Virus record (IMG/VR): IMGVR_UViG_3300001605_000037
Span: 44,915-64,914 of that record
Reading direction: 5' to 3' (one strand)
Source: an uncultured virus (IMG/VR IMGVR_UViG_3300001605_000037)
Lineage: Duplodnaviria > Heunggongvirae > Uroviricota > Caudoviricetes
Length of the DNA: 20,000 nucleotides
Positions within the stretch are counted from its first letter, which is position 1. Each line of letters starts with the position of its first letter. The notes under the pieces are model-generated. The model saw nothing but the letters and a program-made list of their open reading frames with translations. It did no database searches and was not told the origin of the DNA. A program made the position numbers and the translations under genes. Shown here piece by piece: positions 7,048 to 14,968 of this stretch.

Positions 7048-7226
7048 TTGCCCGAGAGGGATCTAGAGAATAACAGAATATCTAGCCAGTAGCTTACATT
7101 GCGATACGCGGTATTCCTCCGCATAAATAAATGGATGGGAGTCTACCCAAGTGAGCAAGACATTACGAGAGAACCAGGACAGTTCGACTCTGTCTGGTTC
7201 TATAAGACTTCCGATGGAGGTCTTGC
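7048..7226 (+). ncRNA. Candidate structured RNA or leader with a tRNA-like acceptor-T minihelix
   Basis: About 190-nt gap in otherwise gapless DNA. Hairpins: CCC-GAGA-GGG; CTAGA..TCTAG; GCGG..CCGC; TGGG..CCCA; AGAACCA-G-GACAG-TTCGACT-CTGTC-TGGTTCT-A (7170-7202); AAGACTTCC-GAT-GGAGGTCTT (7204-7224). Confidence 0.45.
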
Positions 7227-7236
7227 AGGTGAGATT

Positions 7237-8193
7237 ATGGGATTAGCTGACAAGGTGAAAAGTGTAGAGGTGGGTAGAGTTCCGAGAAACATACGCGATG
7301 TTTTTCGCCCATCAACAGAGTTAGAACATGTTTCTGGCTTAAAGATTGCTGTGTATTCAAGAGCCAAGGTGGGCAAGACACACTTAGCATTTACTTGCCC
7401 ATTGCCTATTTATGGGATTGACACAGAAGGGTCTTGGGGGTTGAATAGGAAGCAATTCCCTGAAGAGATTCAGAAGCAAGTGCATGTTAGACAAGTGTTG
7501 TATGATGCAAGCAAGAAAGACAATCTGGTGGATTTGGTTGCTGCATTAAATGCTGCAAGGGATGCTCTGGATGTGCTTACTGATTATATCACTTGCAATG
7601 ATTTAGTAGAGACCTTTTTGAGTAGTGTTAAGCAGGCTACAATGGCAGAGTTGATAGCTGGATTAACCACTTCGGAGTATACACCCAACCAGGACTTGAT
7701 TGAGTATGTGCTGGAGGAGATGGTGTTCTATGAGAGCATAACTGCAGGTGAAGTGTACACTTATGTGAAACCGTTCCCGAAGGGTACTATTGTGATTGAT
7801 TCAGGTACTGATATATGGGACTGGCTGGGCATATGGAAGGATGAACAGAACTTTTCAGATCCTGGACGACTTCAGTGGGGGCACGCAAACAAACGGTACA
7901 ATCAGTTTATTATGATGATGTTGCATTCAAAGTGGAATGTGCTGGGTAGCTTTAAAGCCGAAGCTATGGTAGATTCCAAGGGTGCCGACATGGGTACAGA
8001 TAAACCCAAGTGGCAGAAGAAGACTGATTATTGGTTTGATGTGATCATTGAGATGAAGCGGATTGGGAATGATCGCCAGGTGGTGTTCAGAGGAGATAGG
8101 TTTGGGGGCAACATCGCAACATTAGTTAATCCCACTTGGGATGACATTGTGAAACAGCTCGAGAGTGTTAAAAAGATTACGGTACAGAAATGA
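7237..8193 (+). CDS. RecA-fold ATPase of AAA_24/Sak4-like ssDNA-annealing type, 318 aa
   Basis: Walker A YSRAKVGKT, IDTEGS, Walker B TIVIDS, C-terminal KPKWQKKTDYWFDVII; start moved to ATG 7237 after AGGTGA RBS. Confidence 0.75.
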   Translation: MGLADKVKSVEVGRVPRNIRDVFRPSTELEHVSGLKIAVYSRAKVGKTHLAFTCPLPIYGIDTEGSWGLNRKQFPEEIQKQVHVRQVLYDASKKDNLVDLVAALNAARDALDVLTDYITCNDLVETFLSSVKQATMAELIAGLTTSEYTPNQDLIEYVLEEMVFYESITAGEVYTYVKPFPKGTIVIDSGTDIWDWLGIWKDEQNFSDPGRLQWGHANKRYNQFIMMMLHSKWNVLGSFKAEAMVDSKGADMGTDKPKWQKKTDYWFDVIIEMKRIGNDRQVVFRGDRFGGNIATLVNPTWDDIVKQLESVKKITVQK

Positions 8194-8489
8194 GCCCACT
8201 TCGATCTTTCCTTGGTAACACTGATGAGATACGAGTGTTGGATCTCATAATACCCATTGGGTTTACACAGAGAGTATATGTGAGTGATATCGAGAGGGTT
8301 ACTAAGATTCCCCATGCTAAGCTGTGCAAGATACTTGATCGGTTAGTTGGACCTGATGGGGTTGATCTTTCGGACATGGCATACATTGAGTTAGCTAAGA
8401 ATAATAAAGCTCTTGCATTGCATAATGTGATCATTACATTGCATATCGAAGAGTTGATTGAAGCACAGAGGAAGGCACTGGAGGGGTAG
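8190..8489 (+). CDS. Winged helix-turn-helix protein, 99 aa
   Basis: LGNTDEIRVLDLI...VSDIERVTKIPHAKLCKILDRLV pattern typical of archaeal wHTH proteins. Confidence 0.65.
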   Translation: MSPLRSFLGNTDEIRVLDLIIPIGFTQRVYVSDIERVTKIPHAKLCKILDRLVGPDGVDLSDMAYIELAKNNKALALHNVIITLHIEELIEAQRKALEG

Positions 8490-8490
8490 T

Positions 8491-9135
8491 GTGACAGTAA
8501 TTGATCTTCAGGTATTGCAGGATGAGCTTGCTGAACTTGGCATGCAAGGAAACCCTGGTGTTGAGATGAGAGGGTTGATTGCTCTTAGTCAGTTTGGAGA
8601 CTTTGTGAGGTACACAACACATGATCAGGTACTTAACCCAACTGTTCGACCCCACGAGAATCCATCCCTTGAGGCTCATGCTGCAGGTCATGTACTTGTC
8701 CAGATGATGACCTACATCATTAAGAGGAATATAAATCTGGATGAGGCCCTAATGCTGGGGTTACAAGATCTTCGCGGACGAACTGTGATGAAGAAACCAT
8801 CACTGGCAGGTACAGTAGCTAGTCCTGGTGAATGCTCTGGTGTTGCATTAGTTGTACGTGATTGGGCAGGACTAACTTGTTTGAATAGAGAGATGTGTGC
8901 TGATAAGATCCTTATTACACCACATGCATCAGTTAAGATACCTGTGCATATTTTTAGGGGTGTTATTACTGATTATGGTGGTATTGGATGTCACGCTGCG
9001 ATTGTTTGTCGAGAGCACCACATACCCTGCATAGTTGATACTGGAGATGGAACATCACGGATTAGGACCGGAATGTACGTTAGTATTACTGCTGCGGGAG
9101 AGGTTCTTGGTCCTACAGGAGAGAAATTGTTATGA
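8491..9135 (+). CDS. Fusion of a degenerate MazG-like all-alpha domain and a PEP-utilising swivelling phosphohistidine domain, 214 aa
   Basis: C-half GTVASPG...GVITDYGGIGCHAAIVCREHHIPCIV with the phosphoacceptor His (strong). N-half has MazG-like helix spacing, SQFGDF...EAHAAGHVLVQ...NINLDEAL (weaker). GTG start after GGAGG. Confidence 0.78.
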   Translation: MTVIDLQVLQDELAELGMQGNPGVEMRGLIALSQFGDFVRYTTHDQVLNPTVRPHENPSLEAHAAGHVLVQMMTYIIKRNINLDEALMLGLQDLRGRTVMKKPSLAGTVASPGECSGVALVVRDWAGLTCLNREMCADKILITPHASVKIPVHIFRGVITDYGGIGCHAAIVCREHHIPCIVDTGDGTSRIRTGMYVSITAAGEVLGPTGEKLL

Positions 9136-9935
9136 TAAACTACATGCCTATAACACCCGTTGGGTTGCTTGGAACGTTAGATACCATGGAGGTTCGGAAT
9201 GCTTTCATGCTGACCCATCTGTGGGAGATTAAGAGGTATAGGGAGTTCTACCAGACACATCAGTTTGATACTGTGATTCTGGATAATGACCTGTATGAGA
9301 AGCCCACAGCTGCTAGCTTTGATCACATGTTGAAGATTGCTAGCCAGATTGATGCTGAGAGAATCTTTGTGGTTGGACCTGAGTGTTTGACTGATGGGGT
9401 TAAGACTGGACAGATGACTCTGGACTTGTTAACACAATATGAGTCTGAAGGGTATCTGACTGACAATGTACAGATGATGTGTATATTGCACGAGAGACCC
9501 AATGAGATGCTTAGGCAGTGGAATCTGATTAAGCATAAAGAGGATGTTGCAGTAGGGATTAGTATTTTTAGCTATAGGCTTGGGTATGATAGAGCAAGCT
9601 TACACAAGTTTCTCAACCTGCCTAGGAATAGGTACACACACGCGTTTGGGTGGGACAACCTGTTAGAGGTTTATAATATGAGGGGATGTTTTGACTCTGT
9701 TGATTCTTCCCTGGCTGTTAGTGCTGCCTATAATGGTGTGGATCTGATGAAGGCCTGGCAGATTACTAGGGATGAAAAGAAGGATGGACGGGTTATTAAG
9801 GACAGATTGGATCTGACTTGGGCTGGTAAACCATCAGTGTCTTTGGAGTTAGCTACCTGTAAGAATATTCATTTTCTCAGACAGTTCTGCAGATGTGAGG
9901 GTCCTATCTATAAACAATCGGAGTTACCTGTATGA
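9132..9935 (+). CDS. TGT/DpdA-like TIM-barrel transglycosylase (putative base-exchange enzyme), 267 aa
   Basis: VILDND-x-YE, VVGPE, THAFG and DSVDSS motifs in the order of the TGT-fold D-S, P-D, H-x-x-G and D-x-x-D-S motifs; recognised by eye. Confidence 0.58.
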   Translation: MINYMPITPVGLLGTLDTMEVRNAFMLTHLWEIKRYREFYQTHQFDTVILDNDLYEKPTAASFDHMLKIASQIDAERIFVVGPECLTDGVKTGQMTLDLLTQYESEGYLTDNVQMMCILHERPNEMLRQWNLIKHKEDVAVGISIFSYRLGYDRASLHKFLNLPRNRYTHAFGWDNLLEVYNMRGCFDSVDSSLAVSAAYNGVDLMKAWQITRDEKKDGRVIKDRLDLTWAGKPSVSLELATCKNIHFLRQFCRCEGPIYKQSELPV

Positions 9936-10351
9936 CAGATCGGTTAGCTAGTGTGGTTGATTTGGCAACGTTTGGGACAGGAACTATGACTGTGCTTGAG
10001 CTGCAGATAGATTCTTGTAGGATTGCACAGGATCATGGGTTCTGGAACACATATGATGATATACAGTCTGCTTTAGATGCAGCATGTGATGGGATGTGTT
10101 GTGGACCAGATGCTAACTTGCTGAATGTGATTATTGATAGTAAGCTTATGCTTGCTGTTGGGGAGCTTTCGGAGGCTGAGGATGCCTTGAGGCATAACAA
10201 GCCCACCCCTGAGTTTGCTGAAGAACTTGCCGATGCGATCATTAGGATTGCTGATCTGGCTCATAAGTTGGGTATTAACCTCGAGGCTGCTATTAGAGCG
10301 AAGCAAGCATATAATGAGCAGAGACCGCATATGCATGGCAAGACCTTTTAG
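9932..10351 (+). CDS. mazG: MazG-like nucleoside triphosphate pyrophosphohydrolase, 139 aa
   Basis: KLMLAVGELSEA...EELADAIIRIADL...KQAYNEQRPHMHGK: canonical ExxE...ExxD signature of viral single-domain MazG. Confidence 0.9.
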   Translation: MTDRLASVVDLATFGTGTMTVLELQIDSCRIAQDHGFWNTYDDIQSALDAACDGMCCGPDANLLNVIIDSKLMLAVGELSEAEDALRHNKPTPEFAEELADAIIRIADLAHKLGINLEAAIRAKQAYNEQRPHMHGKTF

Positions 10352-10363
10352 GTTGGGGTTGCT

Positions 10364-10486
10364 ATGATTGGAGCTCTAATATGTCTAGCTGCTGGGTTTA
10401 CACTCTTTGCAGGTGTGTTGTCTAAGAGGAATGGAATCGTTGTGATTGGGGCCATATTGTTGGTTGTTGGGATTGTGATACCATGA
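10364..10486 (+). CDS. Small two-TM membrane protein, 40 aa (MIGALICLAAG...VVGIVIP)
   Basis: Translated by hand; almost wholly hydrophobic with a central SKRN loop; ATGA overlap. Confidence 0.62.
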   Translation: MIGALICLAAGFTLFAGVLSKRNGIVVIGAILLVVGIVIP

Positions 10487-10758
10487 AGTGTCCGAGATGC
10501 GAGGTGAACGGAAAGGTTACCTTTTTGGGTGTATGGTATGTAAGACAGGGAGAGTTTTATATGCTAATGACTCACTATGGATGTGAGGTGTGCAAGTGTG
10601 CATTCACTAGACCTGTCTCTGAGGATGCATATTATTACAAGAAGCAGGATGGATCTGTGATTGTGAGACCTTCATATGTGCCTTTGAAGGATGAGACTAG
10701 ATTGTTCTTTGTGGACTACGATCCTGGGTTTAGGTACAGGTTGGATCATGAAAGCTAG
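10483..10758 (+). CDS. Zn-ribbon protein, 91 aa
   Basis: CPRC...CEVC pairs. Confidence 0.75.
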   Translation: MKCPRCEVNGKVTFLGVWYVRQGEFYMLMTHYGCEVCKCAFTRPVSEDAYYYKKQDGSVIVRPSYVPLKDETRLFFVDYDPGFRYRLDHES

Positions 10759-10882
10759 ATGTAGGACTTGTGTGTATAATATACAGACAGGTGTGTGTAT
10801 TTATACCGGCCATCAGCTGAATTGGTTGAGAAATTTGGGGATTTGGTTGTTGGGGTGTGTATGTTATAAGGAGAGAACATGA
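10748..10882 (+). CDS. Small Cys-rich protein, 44 aa (MKARCRTC...)
   Basis: Track ORF trimmed to ATG 10748; ATGA overlap with polB. Confidence 0.6.
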   Translation: MKARCRTCVYNIQTGVCIYTGHQLNWLRNLGIWLLGCVCYKERT

Positions 10883-13188
10883 CGAATTATGTGTGGAGTG
10901 GATCGTTGTGGACCATGAAAGCTGGGAAACCCATCACGATCCTCTTTGGACGGAATGCAGATAATCCGACAGAAACTAAGGCCATTGGGTTCGGAAATCA
11001 ACGACCCTACTTTTATGCTCCAGCAGATGAAGTGCTTGCATTGAAGGTTAAGAAGTGCCTGTATGAAATTGTAGAGATTGAGGAAGGATTTGTAGATGCT
11101 TTTGGAAGGTCTGTGACAAGGTGTTATACTACGTTGCCATCTGATGTACCGAAAGTACGAGGCTTGTTTAGCTTTACTTGTGAGGCAGATATTGTTTATG
11201 ATATGAGGTATCTGATTGATCATAAGATCTATTATGGGTTTAATGAGAAGGGAGAGCCAGTAGATATTCCGATGGTGTCTCCGAGGGTCTGTGAGTTTGA
11301 TATTGAAGTTAATGCTCCACAGGACATCATGCCTCGGGCTGAGGAGCCTATCTGGCCTATCAATCAGATTCAGGTGATGGATTCCTATACGGAGCAAGTG
11401 AGAGTGTTCACCTTCAATTATGGAGATGACATTGTTGATGTGGACCAGATTAACTTTAAGACTGAAGAAGAGGTGATTCGAGCATTTGCTCAGTGGGTAT
11501 GGGATACTGATCCAGACTTGCTTGCTGGGTGGAATATTAAAGGGTTTGATGTGCCATACATTATTGCTCGGGCCGCTAGGTTGAGAGTTGACATATCGAG
11601 GTTGTCTAGGTGGCCACAGGTGTATCCAACGGATGCCAAGATTGTTGGAAGAGAGATATTTGATTCGTTCGTGTTCTATAAGGATTGGAGTAAGCCTAAG
11701 GGACAGCTTCCGAGTTATACATTAAAGTATGTGGTGCAGCATGAAACTGGATGGAGTTATATTAACCAGGGTGATAAGATTCGAAGCCTGGTGGACAGCA
11801 AGGATTGGAAAACGTTGGTTGATTACGGCAAGAATGATGTCCTGGCTCTTAGAAAGATTCATAAGGAAACTGGACTGATTGAGTTTTATGAAGCCTTAAG
11901 ACGAATGACCGGAATCAAACTCACCGATTGCTTGCTTAGGAGTAAGATCATTGAACTCTATCTGATGCATGAGATTGCTAGGATTGGGGAGGTGATGCCT
12001 CTACCCACCAAGAAGCATGATGCTCAGAAGGCTGAGTATGAGGGGGCCCTTGTCTTACCTCCTGAGTTTGGAGTGCATGAGGATGTGGGGACGACAGATC
12101 TGACAGCACTGTACCCGACTATTATTATTGCGTTTGATTTGAGTCCTGATAGGTTGAAGATGATCCCAAGGGTTATTGTTCAGCTTATGGAGGCTAGAGA
12201 TGTTATGAGGAGGCTCAAGTTGGAAGGAAAGGCTTCTAAGGCCATGCTGACTTCCGAACAGAGCTTGAAGTATGTGATTAATGCTTTTTATGGGTACTTG
12301 GCATTTAGTGGGGCACGATTGCACAAACCTGAATTGGCTGCATTTATCACCTTAAAAGGGAGAGAGATTAGTCATGAGCTTCATAAGAAGATTGTTGAGA
12401 TGGGTTACACGATTGTATATGGGGATACGGACTCTACATTTGTCAAGCCAGTTAAGACCGTCGAGGAAGGTAAAGCGATCGAGGCAGCGCTCAATTCTTA
12501 TCTGGCGGATTGGGCAGCAGAACTTAAGATTACTCCACACTTGGCGCCGACCCTTAAGTTGGAAAAGATATACCGGACACTCATGTTTAAAAAGAAATCG
12601 GGTGGTACGGAAGCTGCGAAGAAGAGATATGCTGGTGTTGTGGTCTGGAAAGACGGTAAGGATCTAACGGGTAAGCCTCCCGAGGTTGACTATACTGGCT
12701 TGGAGGTTAAGAGATCAGATACAGCCAATGTGTCTAGGGAGTTGATGAAACAGTTTTTTGAGATGGTGTTGATTCAGAAGAACCCACACCAGGCTGCAAG
12801 GTTGGTCAAAGATATATACTGGAAAGTTTATAATGGATCTATGTCTTTACAAGATGTAGCTATTCCGAAAGGGATTAGTAAGGGGAGGAGTCATATGGAA
12901 CCTGGTTCTTCCCCTTGGATACGGGGGAAGGAGAATGGACGAGTACTTTTGGGCATACATTTCAGATCGGATAAAAAGCCTAAGTTGCTGTATTGCGTTG
13001 GTCATCCAGATACCATTTGTATTGATGATGATATTGATGACTTGCGTGTACTATCTGTGTGTAAGATTGACTGGAAAACAATGGCGTTGAAGACTGTTGA
13101 GATGAAGATGAAGAGTCTGATTGAGTCTGTTGGATTGTCTTGGGAGACAGAAGTGCTTGGACAGCAAGGGTTGGATAAGTGGTTTTGA
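10879..13188 (+). CDS. polB: Family B DNA polymerase with 3'-5' exonuclease and C-terminal PIP box, 769 aa
   Basis: ExoI FDIE, ExoII GWNIKGFDVPY, ExoIII YGKND; motif A DLTALYPTII, B KYVINAFYG, C YGDTDS; KKRY; C-terminal QQGLDKWF. Confidence 0.97.
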   Translation: MTNYVWSGSLWTMKAGKPITILFGRNADNPTETKAIGFGNQRPYFYAPADEVLALKVKKCLYEIVEIEEGFVDAFGRSVTRCYTTLPSDVPKVRGLFSFTCEADIVYDMRYLIDHKIYYGFNEKGEPVDIPMVSPRVCEFDIEVNAPQDIMPRAEEPIWPINQIQVMDSYTEQVRVFTFNYGDDIVDVDQINFKTEEEVIRAFAQWVWDTDPDLLAGWNIKGFDVPYIIARAARLRVDISRLSRWPQVYPTDAKIVGREIFDSFVFYKDWSKPKGQLPSYTLKYVVQHETGWSYINQGDKIRSLVDSKDWKTLVDYGKNDVLALRKIHKETGLIEFYEALRRMTGIKLTDCLLRSKIIELYLMHEIARIGEVMPLPTKKHDAQKAEYEGALVLPPEFGVHEDVGTTDLTALYPTIIIAFDLSPDRLKMIPRVIVQLMEARDVMRRLKLEGKASKAMLTSEQSLKYVINAFYGYLAFSGARLHKPELAAFITLKGREISHELHKKIVEMGYTIVYGDTDSTFVKPVKTVEEGKAIEAALNSYLADWAAELKITPHLAPTLKLEKIYRTLMFKKKSGGTEAAKKRYAGVVVWKDGKDLTGKPPEVDYTGLEVKRSDTANVSRELMKQFFEMVLIQKNPHQAARLVKDIYWKVYNGSMSLQDVAIPKGISKGRSHMEPGSSPWIRGKENGRVLLGIHFRSDKKPKLLYCVGHPDTICIDDDIDDLRVLSVCKIDWKTMALKTVEMKMKSLIESVGLSWETEVLGQQGLDKWF

Positions 13189-13868
13189 TGGCTAAGAGTA
13201 GTAGTTATTGGTATCAAGAAGGTACTGGAAAGGATTTGCATGCAGTGGATAAACCATTGTTGATGTGCTTGATTGGTGGACATGTAACCTTCAATGACTT
13301 GAAGAGGTTGGTGATTAGGAAAGAGTGGTTGGATCTTACTCATGAACGCAATCCACTACCTTCTGAGCTGCTGGTGTTGAGGATGAGACAGCAGTATGCT
13401 GTAGATGCAGCAAAGCTTCTTAGAGGATGTGGATGGCTTAATAAGCTTGCAGTGGCTAAGTTAGCTGACTTCTTGGTGGTGCTGTTTAAGTCTGATGACA
13501 TGTACCATGAGCGAATGGGGTATTTGTTGTGGAGATGTACGATGATGGCTCCTAGATGGTTAGCTGCTGGGTTTGAGGAAAGGTGTGTATTGCTACAAGA
13601 GGAGAGAGTTAATTATTTTGTACACGAGAAGAGACAGGATAGGATTGATCACCTTATGTTGGGATGGAACTATCTGGAGCGAGAGTATGCTAATAATGAT
13701 TGGATAACACGATCAGTTGATTGGTTGGTTGAATTTCTGCACACCTATCCAACCAAGATTAACTACGATGAGGTGTCTAGGTTGGGCATGATGAGTTTCC
13801 ATCCCGAGTGGTGGTACCCCGTTGGTCGGGGACAGTTGTGGGATATGGTACATGGAGGATTAGGATGA
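13188..13868 (+). CDS. Hypothetical helical Trp-rich protein, 226 aa
   Basis: TGATG overlap with polB; long ORF; no recognised family. Confidence 0.82.
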   Translation: MAKSSSYWYQEGTGKDLHAVDKPLLMCLIGGHVTFNDLKRLVIRKEWLDLTHERNPLPSELLVLRMRQQYAVDAAKLLRGCGWLNKLAVAKLADFLVVLFKSDDMYHERMGYLLWRCTMMAPRWLAAGFEERCVLLQEERVNYFVHEKRQDRIDHLMLGWNYLEREYANNDWITRSVDWLVEFLHTYPTKINYDEVSRLGMMSFHPEWWYPVGRGQLWDMVHGGLG

Positions 13869-14305
13869 ATGTTAATGCTGAATTGAAAGAACGGATGATG
13901 CAGGTTGGTACACTGGTTGATACTGTTGAGATTGATAAGGAGTTCTGGGACCTCAACCAACCCTACTGGCAGAATACCAACAATCATACCTTACTGATGT
14001 TGCGCAATACCTACCATAGGGTTGAGACAGATGAGGAGATTCACAAGGTTCTTGGACCACTTGTTGATAAGATGGCTTGGGTGTTTGTTAGCTATCCTGA
14101 GTTGAGAGCTAGGATTTCATGGCTAACATGGTTCTTTCAACTCTATGCGTTTGATAAGCAGTTTGCGAAGGAGAAGTATACCCATGAAGTGTGGACTGAT
14201 CCTCGGAAGTGGGGATTAGCTACAGATACTGTTAACCCCCTAGAGGTTGTAGTGGAGGTGAATGATGACAGTGCTAGTGGATTGGCAACTCAAGGAACGC
14301 ATTGA
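13865..14305 (+). CDS. Hypothetical helical Trp-rich protein, 146 aa
   Basis: GGAGG then ATG 13865 (ATGA overlap). Confidence 0.8.
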   Translation: MNVNAELKERMMQVGTLVDTVEIDKEFWDLNQPYWQNTNNHTLLMLRNTYHRVETDEEIHKVLGPLVDKMAWVFVSYPELRARISWLTWFFQLYAFDKQFAKEKYTHEVWTDPRKWGLATDTVNPLEVVVEVNDDSASGLATQGTH

Positions 14306-14834
14306 TGCTGGTGTGATTGGAGTATGTCCGTTGAGTAAGAGTGCCATTCAGGCTAACAGTATAGATGTTAGGTTGAATAATACATTTGCTGCTTACGATG
14401 CTCAGTATGCCAGTGTTGAGATTGATCCATATGATGAGGATAGTACACGGTTAGGACTGGCTGCCATGACTGCCGATAGTATATTGCTGACTAAGGGAGC
14501 ATTCTTGTTAGCTGAGACTATGGAGACCATAAGGCTGCCCGACAATGTATGTGCAACCATAGAGGGTAAGAGTAGTCTTGCACGGCTTGGTATTACTGTC
14601 CATCAGACCGGTGGGTGGATTGATTGTGGGTTTGAAGGGACCATAACACTTGAGATGACCAATGAGAATGTTAGACCTGTTGTACTGTATGCTGGAATGC
14701 CTATAGCACAGATTGTGTTTTATGAGACAGATCATGCTTTGATGCCATATGGGGTTAGGGGATCTGCTAAGTATCATAAACAGAAGGGTGCTACTGGATC
14801 TAGGTTTTACAAGAACGATAGGTGTGTTATATGA
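14262..14834 (+). CDS. dcd: dCTP deaminase
   Basis: QANSIDVRL, EGKSSLARLG, GGWIDCGFEGTITLE, KYHKQKG; GGAGGTGA RBS. Confidence 0.95.
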   Translation: MMTVLVDWQLKERIDAGVIGVCPLSKSAIQANSIDVRLNNTFAAYDAQYASVEIDPYDEDSTRLGLAAMTADSILLTKGAFLLAETMETIRLPDNVCATIEGKSSLARLGITVHQTGGWIDCGFEGTITLEMTNENVRPVVLYAGMPIAQIVFYETDHALMPYGVRGSAKYHKQKGATGSRFYKNDRCVI

Positions 14835-14968
14835 GTTATAAGCCACAAACTAAATGGATTGTTAATGTGAAGACACCTGAGGGGAAGCTTCGGACAGAAA
14901 TCTTTAAGTTTCAACCGAAGATGGGTCAGAAGTTGGCTGATGGATCGATTGTGATTAAGGTGAGTTAG
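14831..14968 (+). CDS. Small basic beta-rich protein, 45 aa (MSYKPQTKWIV...)
   Basis: Translated by hand; fills the dcd-thyA gap exactly. Confidence 0.62.
   Translation: MSYKPQTKWIVNVKTPEGKLRTEIFKFQPKMGQKLADGSIVIKVS

Noticed and set aside
7083..7202. Second complete tRNA gene
   Set aside because: The T-arm is perfect, but I could not build D and anticodon arms or a bulge-helix-bulge intron. Kept only as a minihelix/ncRNA candidate.
7099..7236. 46-codon N-terminal extension of the ATPase (track start 7099)
   Set aside because: TTG start without RBS that runs through stable hairpins; ATG 7237 has an AGGTGA RBS.
8491..9135. PEP synthase/PPDK pseudogene fragment
   Set aside because: The ORF is intact, has its own RBS and a different N-terminal domain, and no remnants of the other PpsA domains flank it.
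10879..13188. Intein or split in PolB
   Set aside because: Motifs A, B and C are contiguous at normal spacing; no Hint or LAGLIDADG signatures.
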